Assembly (NCBI GenBank): GCA_964394985.1
Contig: CAYMZK010000001.1
Location: forward strand, 63,957-127,956
Source: an uncultured Candidatus Saccharibacteria bacterium
GTDB taxonomy: Bacteria; Patescibacteriota; Minisyncoccia; Minisyncoccales; GWA2-38-27
Direction: 5' to 3'
Length of the DNA stretch: 64,000 nucleotides
Each line of letters opens with the position of its first letter. Position 1 is the stretch's first letter. Made by a program: the position numbers and the translations under genes. This document shows, piece by piece, positions 49,584 through 57,889 of this stretch. The notes below the pieces were generated by a model, which ran no database searches, was not told where the DNA came from, and saw only the letters and a program-made list of their open reading frames with translations.

Positions 49584-50741
49584 TTAGGCTTTGTAGTCTA
49601 TAGCCCTAACGTTTTCTTCTTTCTGATTATACTTAGTAAAAACCTTATTCTTAATAGGGACTAATCTCAGTCCATTCGGAACAGTTCTTCCAGGAGCAAT
49701 AATGATTCCTGAACCAAGATATACTCCATGGCCCAAACATGAACCGAGAAAAAGATTTCCCGAATCTTCCCTACAACTATTGCTCTCTACAAGAACATTC
49801 TTTCTATCGAAGCGAAAATCAGTCAAGCTAACATTTGCCCCGATAAAAACATTCTTTCCTGTTAGGGTGGCCGAAACAAATCCCGTCACAGAGAAAGTCT
49901 CAGGATAAAGGGCCGAGAAAAGAATGTGCCCATGCAAAATTTTACAACCAGCTCCTATGACTGATTCTTCAACAACAACTCTGTTGCCAATATGAGCATT
50001 GTCGCCAATCACAGAGGCCCTAATGACTGCACCGGCCTCAATTGTGACATTCCTACCGACAATGCTAGCCTCTACAACAGCTGATTTGTGAATTTTGCAG
50101 TTTTTCCCCACCTTGTTAAGATTTCGGAAAACTTTCCACGGCAGAAGCACCACCTTAGACATTTTCTTAATCCTAGCAAGATTTGCCAAGGTAAATAGCA
50201 CATTCGCCACCCACAAGTTAACCCAGTGATTAATCAGGATAGCAAATATATCAGTCATCGGCACCGCATATCCATTATGATCGCCACACATATGATGCGG
50301 CGCAGGAACCCGGCAATCAAACTGATCGCAATCAATCACTACCACAGCTTCCACTTTTTTGCCACTTTTCGACGGAAAATACCATAATGGCATTTCTATA
50401 GAATCTTCACAGTCTTTTGTTTCCTGCAGAGAAGCTGCCGTTCGTAGCGTAGTTATTCCCTTTTTTAATCGGCACACAACAGGACCTCGCAATAACCTTG
50501 CTTTGACTATAAATTGCGACAGAAATTCTGGAGTAAAACACAAACACTCACTAAAAACAATACACTCTTCCTCAAAATCACCGCTAGGAAAATCCATGAC
50601 TACATTAAAATCAATACCCAATTTAAATAAGGTTTCTTTTTGATAATCATACAATTTCCTGTTTCCAACTAGGCATTCTCTGGGATGTTCTCCAAACGGC
50701 TCGATCTTCTTATCCAAATCAACTAACAGATATGCTTTCAT
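49584..50741 (-). CDS. left-handed beta-helix (hexapeptide-repeat) protein, GlmU-like nucleotidyl/acyltransferase family
   Basis: Many [LIV]G..x..[LIV] hexapeptide turns (IGNRVVVEESVIGAGCKILHGHIL...). GC content above neighbours. Confidence 0.5.
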   Translation of the reverse strand: MKAYLLVDLDKKIEPFGEHPRECLVGNRKLYDYQKETLFKLGIDFNVVMDFPSGDFEEECIVFSECLCFTPEFLSQFIVKARLLRGPVVCRLKKGITTLRTAASLQETKDCEDSIEMPLWYFPSKSGKKVEAVVVIDCDQFDCRVPAPHHMCGDHNGYAVPMTDIFAILINHWVNLWVANVLFTLANLARIKKMSKVVLLPWKVFRNLNKVGKNCKIHKSAVVEASIVGRNVTIEAGAVIRASVIGDNAHIGNRVVVEESVIGAGCKILHGHILFSALYPETFSVTGFVSATLTGKNVFIGANVSLTDFRFDRKNVLVESNSCREDSGNLFLGSCLGHGVYLGSGIIIAPGRTVPNGLRLVPIKNKVFTKYNQKEENVRAIDYKA

Positions 50742-50775
50742 TTTTTATCTCCTAAATCAATAGTTATTCAATTGT

Positions 50776-50827
50776 TTAAGTGCTATCAACACTATACTAA
50801 AATATTAATTTAAAGTCAAATTTTTGG
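50776..50827. repeat. copy 1 of a ~52-bp direct repeat (copy 2 at 52421-52472)
   Basis: ttaagtgctatcaacactatactaaaatattaatttaaagtcaaatttt against ttaagtactaccaatactatactaaaatattaatttaaagtcaaatttt. Confidence 0.75.
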
Positions 50828-50859
50828 CAAAAACTGATATTTTTTGGTAATATGAATGA

Positions 50860-51483
50860 ATGAAGGTTACCAATAAATTATTGTTCGACAAAAAGGAAAT
50901 CGGGAAAATAATTTTTGATTCGAATGATTTTTGTATTTCCAAAATAAAAAAACAGATAAACAGAAGCATATCAGAATTAAATAAATTTTATAAAATAAAA
51001 ATTCCAAAAATAAATATTGAATTAATTTATTCCAAGACCAAATTCGATGAGATAATAAAAAGAAAGTCTCCAAATTGGCTTGTGGGAATTACTATTAAGA
51101 ATAAGATATACATATTCAGCCCGCTCTGTATGGAAAAATACACCTCGCACAATAAAAAAGATTTTAACAAAAATTTAAACCATGAAATTTGTCATCTTTT
51201 TAACATGGCTATAAATAAAAAACTACCAACATGGATAGATGAGGGCTCAGCCCTATACTTATCAAAACAAAAAAAGAATCATAGTTTTAATAAATCCGAC
51301 TGGCTGTTTTTTATAAATAAATTGAATAGCAGAATGACTATAAAGACATTCACGGATCATAATGGCTATAAAATAGCATATCATATGACCGATAAAATAG
51401 TTAAAAAAAGGGGGCTAAAATATTTACTGAAATTAATAAAAGAGCCTTCTCGTCTTGGACGAGAAGGCTTGTTTGAAAGCTAG
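50860..51483 (+). CDS. hypothetical HExxH (zinc-metallopeptidase-motif) protein
   Basis: NHEICHLFNMA contains HExxH with a downstream Glu (IDEGSALY); 207 aa; very AT-rich. Confidence 0.45.
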   Translation: MKVTNKLLFDKKEIGKIIFDSNDFCISKIKKQINRSISELNKFYKIKIPKINIELIYSKTKFDEIIKRKSPNWLVGITIKNKIYIFSPLCMEKYTSHNKKDFNKNLNHEICHLFNMAINKKLPTWIDEGSALYLSKQKKNHSFNKSDWLFFINKLNSRMTIKTFTDHNGYKIAYHMTDKIVKKRGLKYLLKLIKEPSRLGREGLFES

Positions 51484-51599
51484 CTGTTGTCGCATCCGCG
51501 ACAATCACAACTAACTCCACTAGTTGAAACAGACTTGGGAACTGGTTTTGTTAAACGATTCCAGCCCTTGCGTCGTTTCAATACGACTTTTGCCTTCAT
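51480..51599 (-). CDS. 39-aa Cys-containing peptide (candidate RiPP precursor), absent from the ORF track
   Basis: Hand translation of the minus strand gives MKAKVVLKRRKGWNRLTKPVPKSVSTSGVSCDCRGCDNS. AGGAGGTG SD with a 6-nt spacer. Lies immediately downstream of the SPASM-domain ORF. Confidence 0.45.
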   Translation of the reverse strand: MKAKVVLKRRKGWNRLTKPVPKSVSTSGVSCDCRGCDNS

Positions 51600-51616
51600 T
51601 GATATCACCTCCTTTC

Positions 51617-52438
51617 TTATTGTATAAAGGTTGCAGGGTCAAAATGTGTCCACAATAAAGGGCAACCACCTATACAGGTTCCCCAATATTTGCATTTCAT
51701 ACATTTCTCAACCGGATAGCGCCAAAGATCTTTTCTAAATTCAAATGGAACGCTATCAGGGTTATTCCATTCCTTAAGAAAATCATTTTTTAGAAAGAAA
51801 TTTCCATTTCTTCCTCTAACATTATTAATTAATGGAGCATCGGAAAAGTGAGTGCATGGGAGAATAGACCCGTTTGTGTCAAAAACCGCACCTTCTCCTT
51901 CGTACATATGGCATCCCACAGATATCCATTTCAAAGCAATCATTTCATTCAAAACATCTTTATCTATAAGACATATAGGAAATGTTGCGTTTAGATGAAA
52001 GGATAAATTTGCGACTCTAGCCTTACGAAATAAAGAGGTGACTGTCTCGCCCAATTCTTTCGGAGATAAGCACTGGTCAGCAAAAACTCCTTTCTCGGAA
52101 ACTACTGGTATAGCACAGTTAAAAACACTTTTTTCAACTCCTAGTTTCTGAGTTAATCTTACAATATCTAACAAATGATGATAGTTATTCTTGGTTATTG
52201 TCGTTAAAGAGCTGACAGACCCAACAACAGAACAGTTTTTGATTCCTGCCAACGTTTCTGCGAAACTACCATAGCAACAAGTCGCCATGTCATGCTCTTC
52301 GGAGCTGGCTGATATCAAGGAAATAGTCAACTTATTCAACCCGCACCGGAAAATGTCTCGAGCAAAAACCGGATTGGAAAATTTTCTTCCGTTACTCACA
52401 ATTCGTTGTCGGTTATTCAATTGGTTAAGTACTACCAA
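51617..52438 (-). pseudogene. radical-SAM/SPASM protein fragment (SPASM half only; no CxxxCxxC cluster)
   Basis: C-terminus CMKCKYWGTCIGGCP is a textbook SPASM CxxCx5CxGGC motif. The ORF begins with TTG directly after an upstream terminator and the 52-bp repeat, and has no radical-SAM Cys triad. Confidence 0.55.
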
Positions 52439-52513
52439 TACTATACTAAAATATTAATTTAAAGTCAAATTTTACTAAAATAAAAGGCGGTGAAGATTGT
52501 TTTCTTTTGGAGA

Positions 52514-53650
52514 TTAAATCTTCACCGCTTTGAGCTTTTGCTCTTTTCTGCCAAAGTCAACTGACTTAGCATACTTTAGTATTTTGGCAAGAAATGCCTC
52601 GTTAATGTCTGGGAGCCATTCATATTCTCCCAAAAGGGTTTGAGGGGCGTTCACTACCTGAAATTGGCATTCGTGAGTTATGTACGGAACATATTGAGCT
52701 GTAGCTCTGTCAAAGATTCTTTGTAACTTGCTCAACAAAGATCTTGAGCTGTAGTCAGCTGAATCGCCGTAGTAAAAACCCTTAATGCCAAGATGCTTTA
52801 GGGAGATATCGTTAATCCAGCGAATACACTTGGGTCTGGGATGAACAACATGAAATGCTTGGTTGGTTGACGGAACGTCAATCAGCTTAGTTAAAGTTCT
52901 TCCTGCCCAGTCAATTGGCACTATGTTCAGAGTAGAAGTTGGAGAAAGACCAATATAGATTGGCAATGTAAGCATTCCATCGGAGTCAAAGAAGACTCCT
53001 TCTATCTTATATTTTTCTAGTTCCTGTCTACTTTTGGCGAGTAAACTTTGCCTTAAGTGCCACAACGCACCCTCAAACGCATAATACCCATCAAAAGAGG
53101 ATATATGGCCCGTTTTAGAGTCGCCCACCATAATGGCTAAGCGATAAATAGAATAGCTTCCGTTCTTCCGTGCTCTGACTAATCGTTCAGCTTCTTTCTT
53201 TGTTCTTTCATAGACATTGCGACATGTCTGACCTTTGTCAAAGTCATCTTCCGCGAAGAAAGAAGAATCTCCTGCCACATAAGCCGTGCTAACTTGATGG
53301 AATTCTTCAATCCCCAACTCTTCTGCTAAATGCAAAAGGTTTTTAACTCCACCAACATTAACTTTGCTTATCTGCTCGGCTAAAGATTCCTTAAACTTGA
53401 TTGAAGCTGCGCAATTAACAAGCTTGTCAATTTTTCCTTTCCACAAATCCCTTTGAGAAAGAAGCACCCCGCAATTAGGCAAAGTTACATCACCTTGCCA
53501 AGCAACATTTCCTGCTAAAATACGCTCTTTGGCCTGCTGGCCGTTTTTGGCTCTGGTTAGACAAATAATCTTGTGCCCTCTCTTTTCTAAGAGAGGAGCA
53601 AGAGTAGAGCCGACTGTTCCAGTAGCCCCAGTTAACAGAATGGTTGACAT
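52514..53650 (-). CDS. NAD(P)-dependent SDR-family reductase/epimerase (thioester-reductase-like)
   Basis: Rossmann LLTGATGTVGSTL, catalytic YxxxK (YERTK); 378 aa. Terminator hairpin gcggtgaagat...atcttcaccgc overlaps the stop. Confidence 0.6.
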   Translation of the reverse strand: MSTILLTGATGTVGSTLAPLLEKRGHKIICLTRAKNGQQAKERILAGNVAWQGDVTLPNCGVLLSQRDLWKGKIDKLVNCAASIKFKESLAEQISKVNVGGVKNLLHLAEELGIEEFHQVSTAYVAGDSSFFAEDDFDKGQTCRNVYERTKKEAERLVRARKNGSYSIYRLAIMVGDSKTGHISSFDGYYAFEGALWHLRQSLLAKSRQELEKYKIEGVFFDSDGMLTLPIYIGLSPTSTLNIVPIDWAGRTLTKLIDVPSTNQAFHVVHPRPKCIRWINDISLKHLGIKGFYYGDSADYSSRSLLSKLQRIFDRATAQYVPYITHECQFQVVNAPQTLLGEYEWLPDINEAFLAKILKYAKSVDFGRKEQKLKAVKI

Positions 53651-53687
53651 AATACACCTCTCTTTCTATTCTTGCCTTATTATATTT

Positions 53688-53868
53688 TTAAAACTGAGAA
53701 ATCTCAGCACTGTCTGCACTATAGCAATAATTATCTCAAAAGTCAAATTTCTGTACTAGTCCATATGATATGATACACCAAAAGACCCTTGAAAAACATA
53801 AAGACCGACGCATCGAAGACCATCTTCGACACATAGTTCAGTTAAATGTATGAAGGTTCAACCTTCAT
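53688..53868. repeat. copy 2 of the ~180-bp intergenic repeat
   Basis: Identical to 33863-34043. Confidence 0.8.
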
Positions 53869-54566
53869 ATATTTGAGTTTAGATAAATAACGTCTTTTCT
53901 TTCCACTACAACTTCCCATCCTTTTTCTTTTGCATGATCATATAGCTTCTGATTTGGATTAAAGCAAATTGGCCTTTCTACTATTTCTAAAAAGGGAATG
54001 TCACTTTCGGTATCACCCATGCCAATTGATTCCTTCAAGCTAAGTTTTTCTTTTTCAATCGCCCTTCTTAAAACCTCCGCTTTATCTTCAATAAAATCAA
54101 GATAAAGAACTTCTCCAGTAAGCTTTTTTTGATTGTCTATTTCAAGTATTCGGCCATATGATTTATCAAAGCCCATTTTCTCACAAAATTCTTCAACTAA
54201 TATTTTGGGAGAATGAGAAATAGCTAAAAGATAATAGTTTTTCTTTTTTAATTCCTCTATAAAATCTCTGGAGTATTTATAAACCCGGTTTCCGTGAAAA
54301 GAAATAACCTTTTTAGATATTTCTAAAAAATCATCATATTTAACTCCCTTAATGTTTTCTATAAAAGCAGTAATAACCGCATGAATATAATTATCATAAG
54401 AACCGCTTCTGTTGAGCCAGTTATTATATGCTTCTTGGTATGACTCTTTTGTTTCTTTAGAAAAAATCCCCTCTTGAATAAGAGCATCTGTTAACTCTAT
54501 TAATAGACTAGATCTAAAGATAGTCCCGTCAATATCAAAAATAGCCACCTTCTTCTTTTCTTCCAT
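53865..54566 (-). CDS. HAD-superfamily hydrolase
   Basis: Motif I VAIFDIDGTIF; 233 aa. Confidence 0.7.
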   Translation of the reverse strand: MEEKKKVAIFDIDGTIFRSSLLIELTDALIQEGIFSKETKESYQEAYNNWLNRSGSYDNYIHAVITAFIENIKGVKYDDFLEISKKVISFHGNRVYKYSRDFIEELKKKNYYLLAISHSPKILVEEFCEKMGFDKSYGRILEIDNQKKLTGEVLYLDFIEDKAEVLRRAIEKEKLSLKESIGMGDTESDIPFLEIVERPICFNPNQKLYDHAKEKGWEVVVERKDVIYLNSNI

Positions 54567-54890
54567 AAATTTAATTATTTATTTTTATCCTCTAGAAATT
54601 TTTCAAAAGACCGGTCGTAGGTCTTTTCTGCTTCTTTTGAAAAATAGCAACCCGGCAACTCCCCTCTTTCCCGATGATATTTCACACACTCACAACAAAG
54701 CCCTTTCCTCTCACAAGGATAACTACAATTACAATTATTTAAATTTTCCTCTCTTCTGCACTCCATAATTTTTTATTATTTGAGTAAAGCCGGACTTCAC
54801 CCAAGACTTACTTTCTTTAAGATTAACACTTTAGATGCCAAAAAACAACTTACCTACTTCTTTTTATTTTTTTACTCCTGACCCCTTTTT
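54560..54890. repeat. ~330-bp exact duplication unit (copy 2 at 60487-60825)
   Basis: Identical sequence including the Cys-rich ORF and the upstream leader with the ctcctgacccc motif. Confidence 0.8.
54575..54766 (-). CDS. 63-aa Cys-rich small protein (8 Cys); identical duplicate at 60502-60693
   Basis: [42 protein letters not shown]... Gene and ~130 bp of upstream sequence are duplicated exactly. Confidence 0.55.
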   Translation of the reverse strand: MECRREENLNNCNCSYPCERKGLCCECVKYHRERGELPGCYFSKEAEKTYDRSFEKFLEDKNK

Positions 54891-55134
54891 ACTTTTTTAT
54901 ATAATTTCTGTTTAAATAGACATTTGCGACTTCTGGTAACTATTTTGACTGCTTGGATCTTCCGGTAATTTTAAATATTTTGACGCCCAATTTTTCATGA
55001 AAAAGTATATCTTCTGGTCTTATTATGCTTGCTTTTAAAATTTCTCTTGGTTACATTAATTTTTTATTTTTATTAAAAAAACCTGAAGCAATAGGAGTTT
55101 GCTCATCAGTAAAATTATTACCGAAAAAATAAAA

Positions 55135-55165
55135 GGGCCGTAGTTTTTTTACTACGGCCTTTGAT
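55135..55165 (-). terminator. intrinsic terminator
   Basis: ggccgtagt-ttttttt-actacggcc with a U-run on the minus strand. Confidence 0.55.
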
Positions 55166-55182
55166 CGAACACTAGATACAAT

Positions 55183-56349
55183 TTAGAAAAATCCGGTTAT
55201 TTCACGATATTGATGCTGCTCTAAAATGTGAAGGATACGTTCGTTGTCAAAAATAACGACAACAATCATAGAACGAAACCGATTAGGATGTTTAAAGTTT
55301 CGCAAACGACTTATGTCCAAATATCGTCTACCCAAACCATCTTCACAAAAAATACTATAAGCGGGAGAAGTAGACATAAGCATGCCATTTTTTGTCCACG
55401 GACGCTCTAATGATATTTCAAAAACTCGTAAAGCTGTGTCGCCATTACTATTCTTGGCATACTTCACAAAAGGAAGCCAGTGCATCCATTCCCCTATTTT
55501 TTCTCCGTTAGAAAGGATAAAACCAACGGGACCATAACCTTTTTGTAGTTCCGAAAGATAAAGCACTCTTGGAGGGCCAGGAGGTTCTGAATGATGAAGA
55601 AAGTTACTTGGATTATCTATAAAAATCATACTATCTTCAAAATTTTCCTTATAACCGCTCTTGCCCAAAAAAGTTACAAAGTGCCTACATTCGTCAAACG
55701 AATAGCCAAGCTCCTTAGAGCTAATAAAGCACAAGGAGTTTCCTTTCTTAATGATTTCGGACAAAGTAACTTCTTCGCTTTTAACGGAGGCAAATTCCTC
55801 AAACTGATACCAGTATATTCCGGTATCCGAAGCTACAAAAATAACTGCCGTTATGTAGTTAAAAATAACGGAAAAAACCACTTCTCCTTTTCTAACACAG
55901 GTGATAGAGCCAGTAGCTCCCGTTATAGAAACAGGTGATTCAAACATCTCCTCCCAGAGGGTTTCAGCATCGCAATCCTTCAGAAGATCCCCTACTTTTG
56001 CCAACTGATTTCCATCGGAGACCTTTTCAAGAAATAATTTAAGTTGCTTAGATCTGTCAGTAGGATCAGAAAAAAACATTAATGGTTGTCTGGTAGGATC
56101 TGCCCCTGTTGGCCAACGTTTGTGAGCGAACTCATCCAGTTCTTCGGTTATAAGAATGCTGTGACGATCAAAATCTCGAAGACGTTCAGAAATAACAAGC
56201 TCTGGTATAGCATCAAGCCCAAGAGTATCTCCTTTTCCGTAATTAACCTTACGTAAAGTTTCAGCACAATCAACATCCATTAATTCTTGCCAAGCCCTTA
56301 AAAGAGCTTTAATGCAAACATCACAATACTGTCTTTCTATTCCTTGCAT
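55183..56349 (-). CDS. hypothetical protein (388 aa), GC-richer than surroundings
   Basis: Long ORF with SD. A weak IMPase-like signal (ITEEL...FSDPTDRS) is not enough for a call. Confidence 0.45.
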   Translation of the reverse strand: MQGIERQYCDVCIKALLRAWQELMDVDCAETLRKVNYGKGDTLGLDAIPELVISERLRDFDRHSILITEELDEFAHKRWPTGADPTRQPLMFFSDPTDRSKQLKLFLEKVSDGNQLAKVGDLLKDCDAETLWEEMFESPVSITGATGSITCVRKGEVVFSVIFNYITAVIFVASDTGIYWYQFEEFASVKSEEVTLSEIIKKGNSLCFISSKELGYSFDECRHFVTFLGKSGYKENFEDSMIFIDNPSNFLHHSEPPGPPRVLYLSELQKGYGPVGFILSNGEKIGEWMHWLPFVKYAKNSNGDTALRVFEISLERPWTKNGMLMSTSPAYSIFCEDGLGRRYLDISRLRNFKHPNRFRSMIVVVIFDNERILHILEQHQYREITGFF

Positions 56350-56520
56350 GATATATTCTCCTTTCTATTTTTTATTGTAAAGGTTCTTTATTCTACCAAC
56401 TTAAGATTAGCTCAATAAAAAGAAAATTTCAAGTTTAATTTGAGAAAATAGCATCAACTCTGATTTTCCTAATATAAAAAAGCTCCTGACCCCTTTTTCT
56501 GCAAAAATTAATCTATTAAA

Positions 56521-56560
56521 AAGGCCGTAGCGGAATAATTTCCGAAACGGCCATAGCGAA
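56521..56560 (-). terminator. intrinsic terminator
   Basis: ggccgtagcggaaat-a-atttccgaaacggcc. Confidence 0.5.
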
Positions 56561-56573
56561 TTAATTCGCATTA

Positions 56574-56774
56574 TCATTTATTGCCGATAATGCGACCATC
56601 GACATCCCGGATAAAAACTGGATTTCGAGATGAATCGAACACAGCGTGTCCGCCACGATCACCCGGCAAACCCGTTCTCACAATCTTGAGATCTGTCTTT
56701 CCATCAGAGCGATTGCGATGGATCAGTGTCTCGCCACTGCGAGAATTGTGAAAAACAACATCACCTTTACTCAT
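56574..56774 (-). CDS. small hypothetical protein (66 aa), GC-rich
   Basis: AAGGAG SD; no Cys. Pattern KGDVVFHNSRSGETLIH resembles small Tudor/SH3-like DUF proteins (low-confidence guess). Confidence 0.4.
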   Translation of the reverse strand: MSKGDVVFHNSRSGETLIHRNRSDGKTDLKIVRTGLPGDRGGHAVFDSSRNPVFIRDVDGRIIGNK

Positions 56775-57053
56775 TTTTCTACTCCTTAATTAGTAATGAC
56801 ATCTTTCAACCGAAAACAATTTTCGGTTTTTGTGCTATTTTTAGTATAGCAAATAACAATGCTTTTTTCAACATTTCATATTAACTCATAAAATTCAGAG
56901 TTGACACCATTTTTTGAGCCCGGTCCTCTTCATTATACCTCACCTCAATATCAATATAATTTAAACAAAAAATGTGCTTAACCCGGTTAAGCACATTTTG
57001 TATAAAAGACGGATCCCTAGCTTAAAAAAGCTCCTGGCCCCTTTTACTCCCTT

Positions 57054-57725
57054 TTACGCTCCCCTTTTACACTTCTTTATAATTGTATTTAGAGAATTAA
57101 CTAAACTTATTATTTTAAAATCACTTATTATTTTTTTTAAATCATAGCCCCCTAACCACATCTTTTCAATTATTTCTCTAATTTCTTGATGAACTTGATA
57201 CCCCCTATCTTCAATATTTTTGAATTCTGAATTATTAATTACTGTAAGGACTTCTTTTAATTCCTGAATTCCATTATTTGTATAGCCTAATTTTTTGCAA
57301 AAATCCATCCATTTGTCTAAAAAGGCAATATGAGAAAATTCATGTATAATTGTGCTAGGGATGGGGTTAGAAAAATTATAAGAAGAAGCTTTTACCGAAA
57401 GCAAAATGCATTTCTTCTCAAGATATATGGCCGATGTTTTGGTAGTAACGATATAACACTTAAGGATTTCTGGGAGATTGTATTCATAAATTTTAAAAAT
57501 AGTTTTCTTAAGATCCTCATCTCTATTCCATAAAGTATAATATTCTAGAATTTTTTCTTGGGCTATTTTTTTATCTTCTTCTGTAATAGAAATCTTATCT
57601 GGAAATTTCTTCCCAAACATTTCTTTATATTTTAGAGTTGATTCCCAAGCCCTCTTATTTATTTGTTCATCATATTTAAAATCCATAAAATTAGAAGGGT
57701 GGACCATCAATGCTTGACAGTCCAC
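57054..57725 (-). CDS. hypothetical HExxH (zinc-metallopeptidase-motif) protein
   Basis: TIIHEFSHIAF contains HExxH; 223 aa. Sits directly downstream of the candidate precursor peptide and the radical-SAM maturase. Confidence 0.5.
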   Translation of the reverse strand: MDCQALMVHPSNFMDFKYDEQINKRAWESTLKYKEMFGKKFPDKISITEEDKKIAQEKILEYYTLWNRDEDLKKTIFKIYEYNLPEILKCYIVTTKTSAIYLEKKCILLSVKASSYNFSNPIPSTIIHEFSHIAFLDKWMDFCKKLGYTNNGIQELKEVLTVINNSEFKNIEDRGYQVHQEIREIIEKMWLGGYDLKKIISDFKIISLVNSLNTIIKKCKRGA

Positions 57726-57742
57726 CCCTTGCTAAGAAGGGC

Positions 57743-57868
57743 AAGGCATAAGTTAAACGCAACCGTCACAGTTGCATTCGTAACATGGGGAAGGACAACC
57801 ATCATTGGATGTCCTTATTCCTTGCGGAATTTCGCTGAGCACCTCAGTAATCTTCAGCATTTTAATTA
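57743..57868 (-). CDS. 41-aa Cys-rich peptide, candidate RiPP precursor, absent from the ORF track
   Basis: Hand translation of the minus strand gives MEELIKMLKITEVLSEIPQGIRTSNDGCPSPCYECNCDGCV. GGAG lies 8 nt upstream of the ATG. It is 22 nt downstream of the rSAM/SPASM stop. Local GC is above background. Confidence 0.5.
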
Positions 57869-57889
57869 ATTCTTCCATGATACTTTCTC

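Noticed and set aside
55183-56349. IMPase/FBPase-like call for the 388-aa protein (ITEEL...FSDPTDRS)
   Set aside because: Only two weak motif resemblances; no WDxAAG-type C-terminal motif seen and the size is atypical, so it is left as hypothetical.
57663-57869. Plus-strand 68-aa ORF from the ORF track between the rSAM and HExxH genes
   Set aside because: It starts inside the HExxH gene, has no SD, and is antisense to a well-formed SD-preceded Cys-rich peptide ORF on the same strand as the whole gene array.
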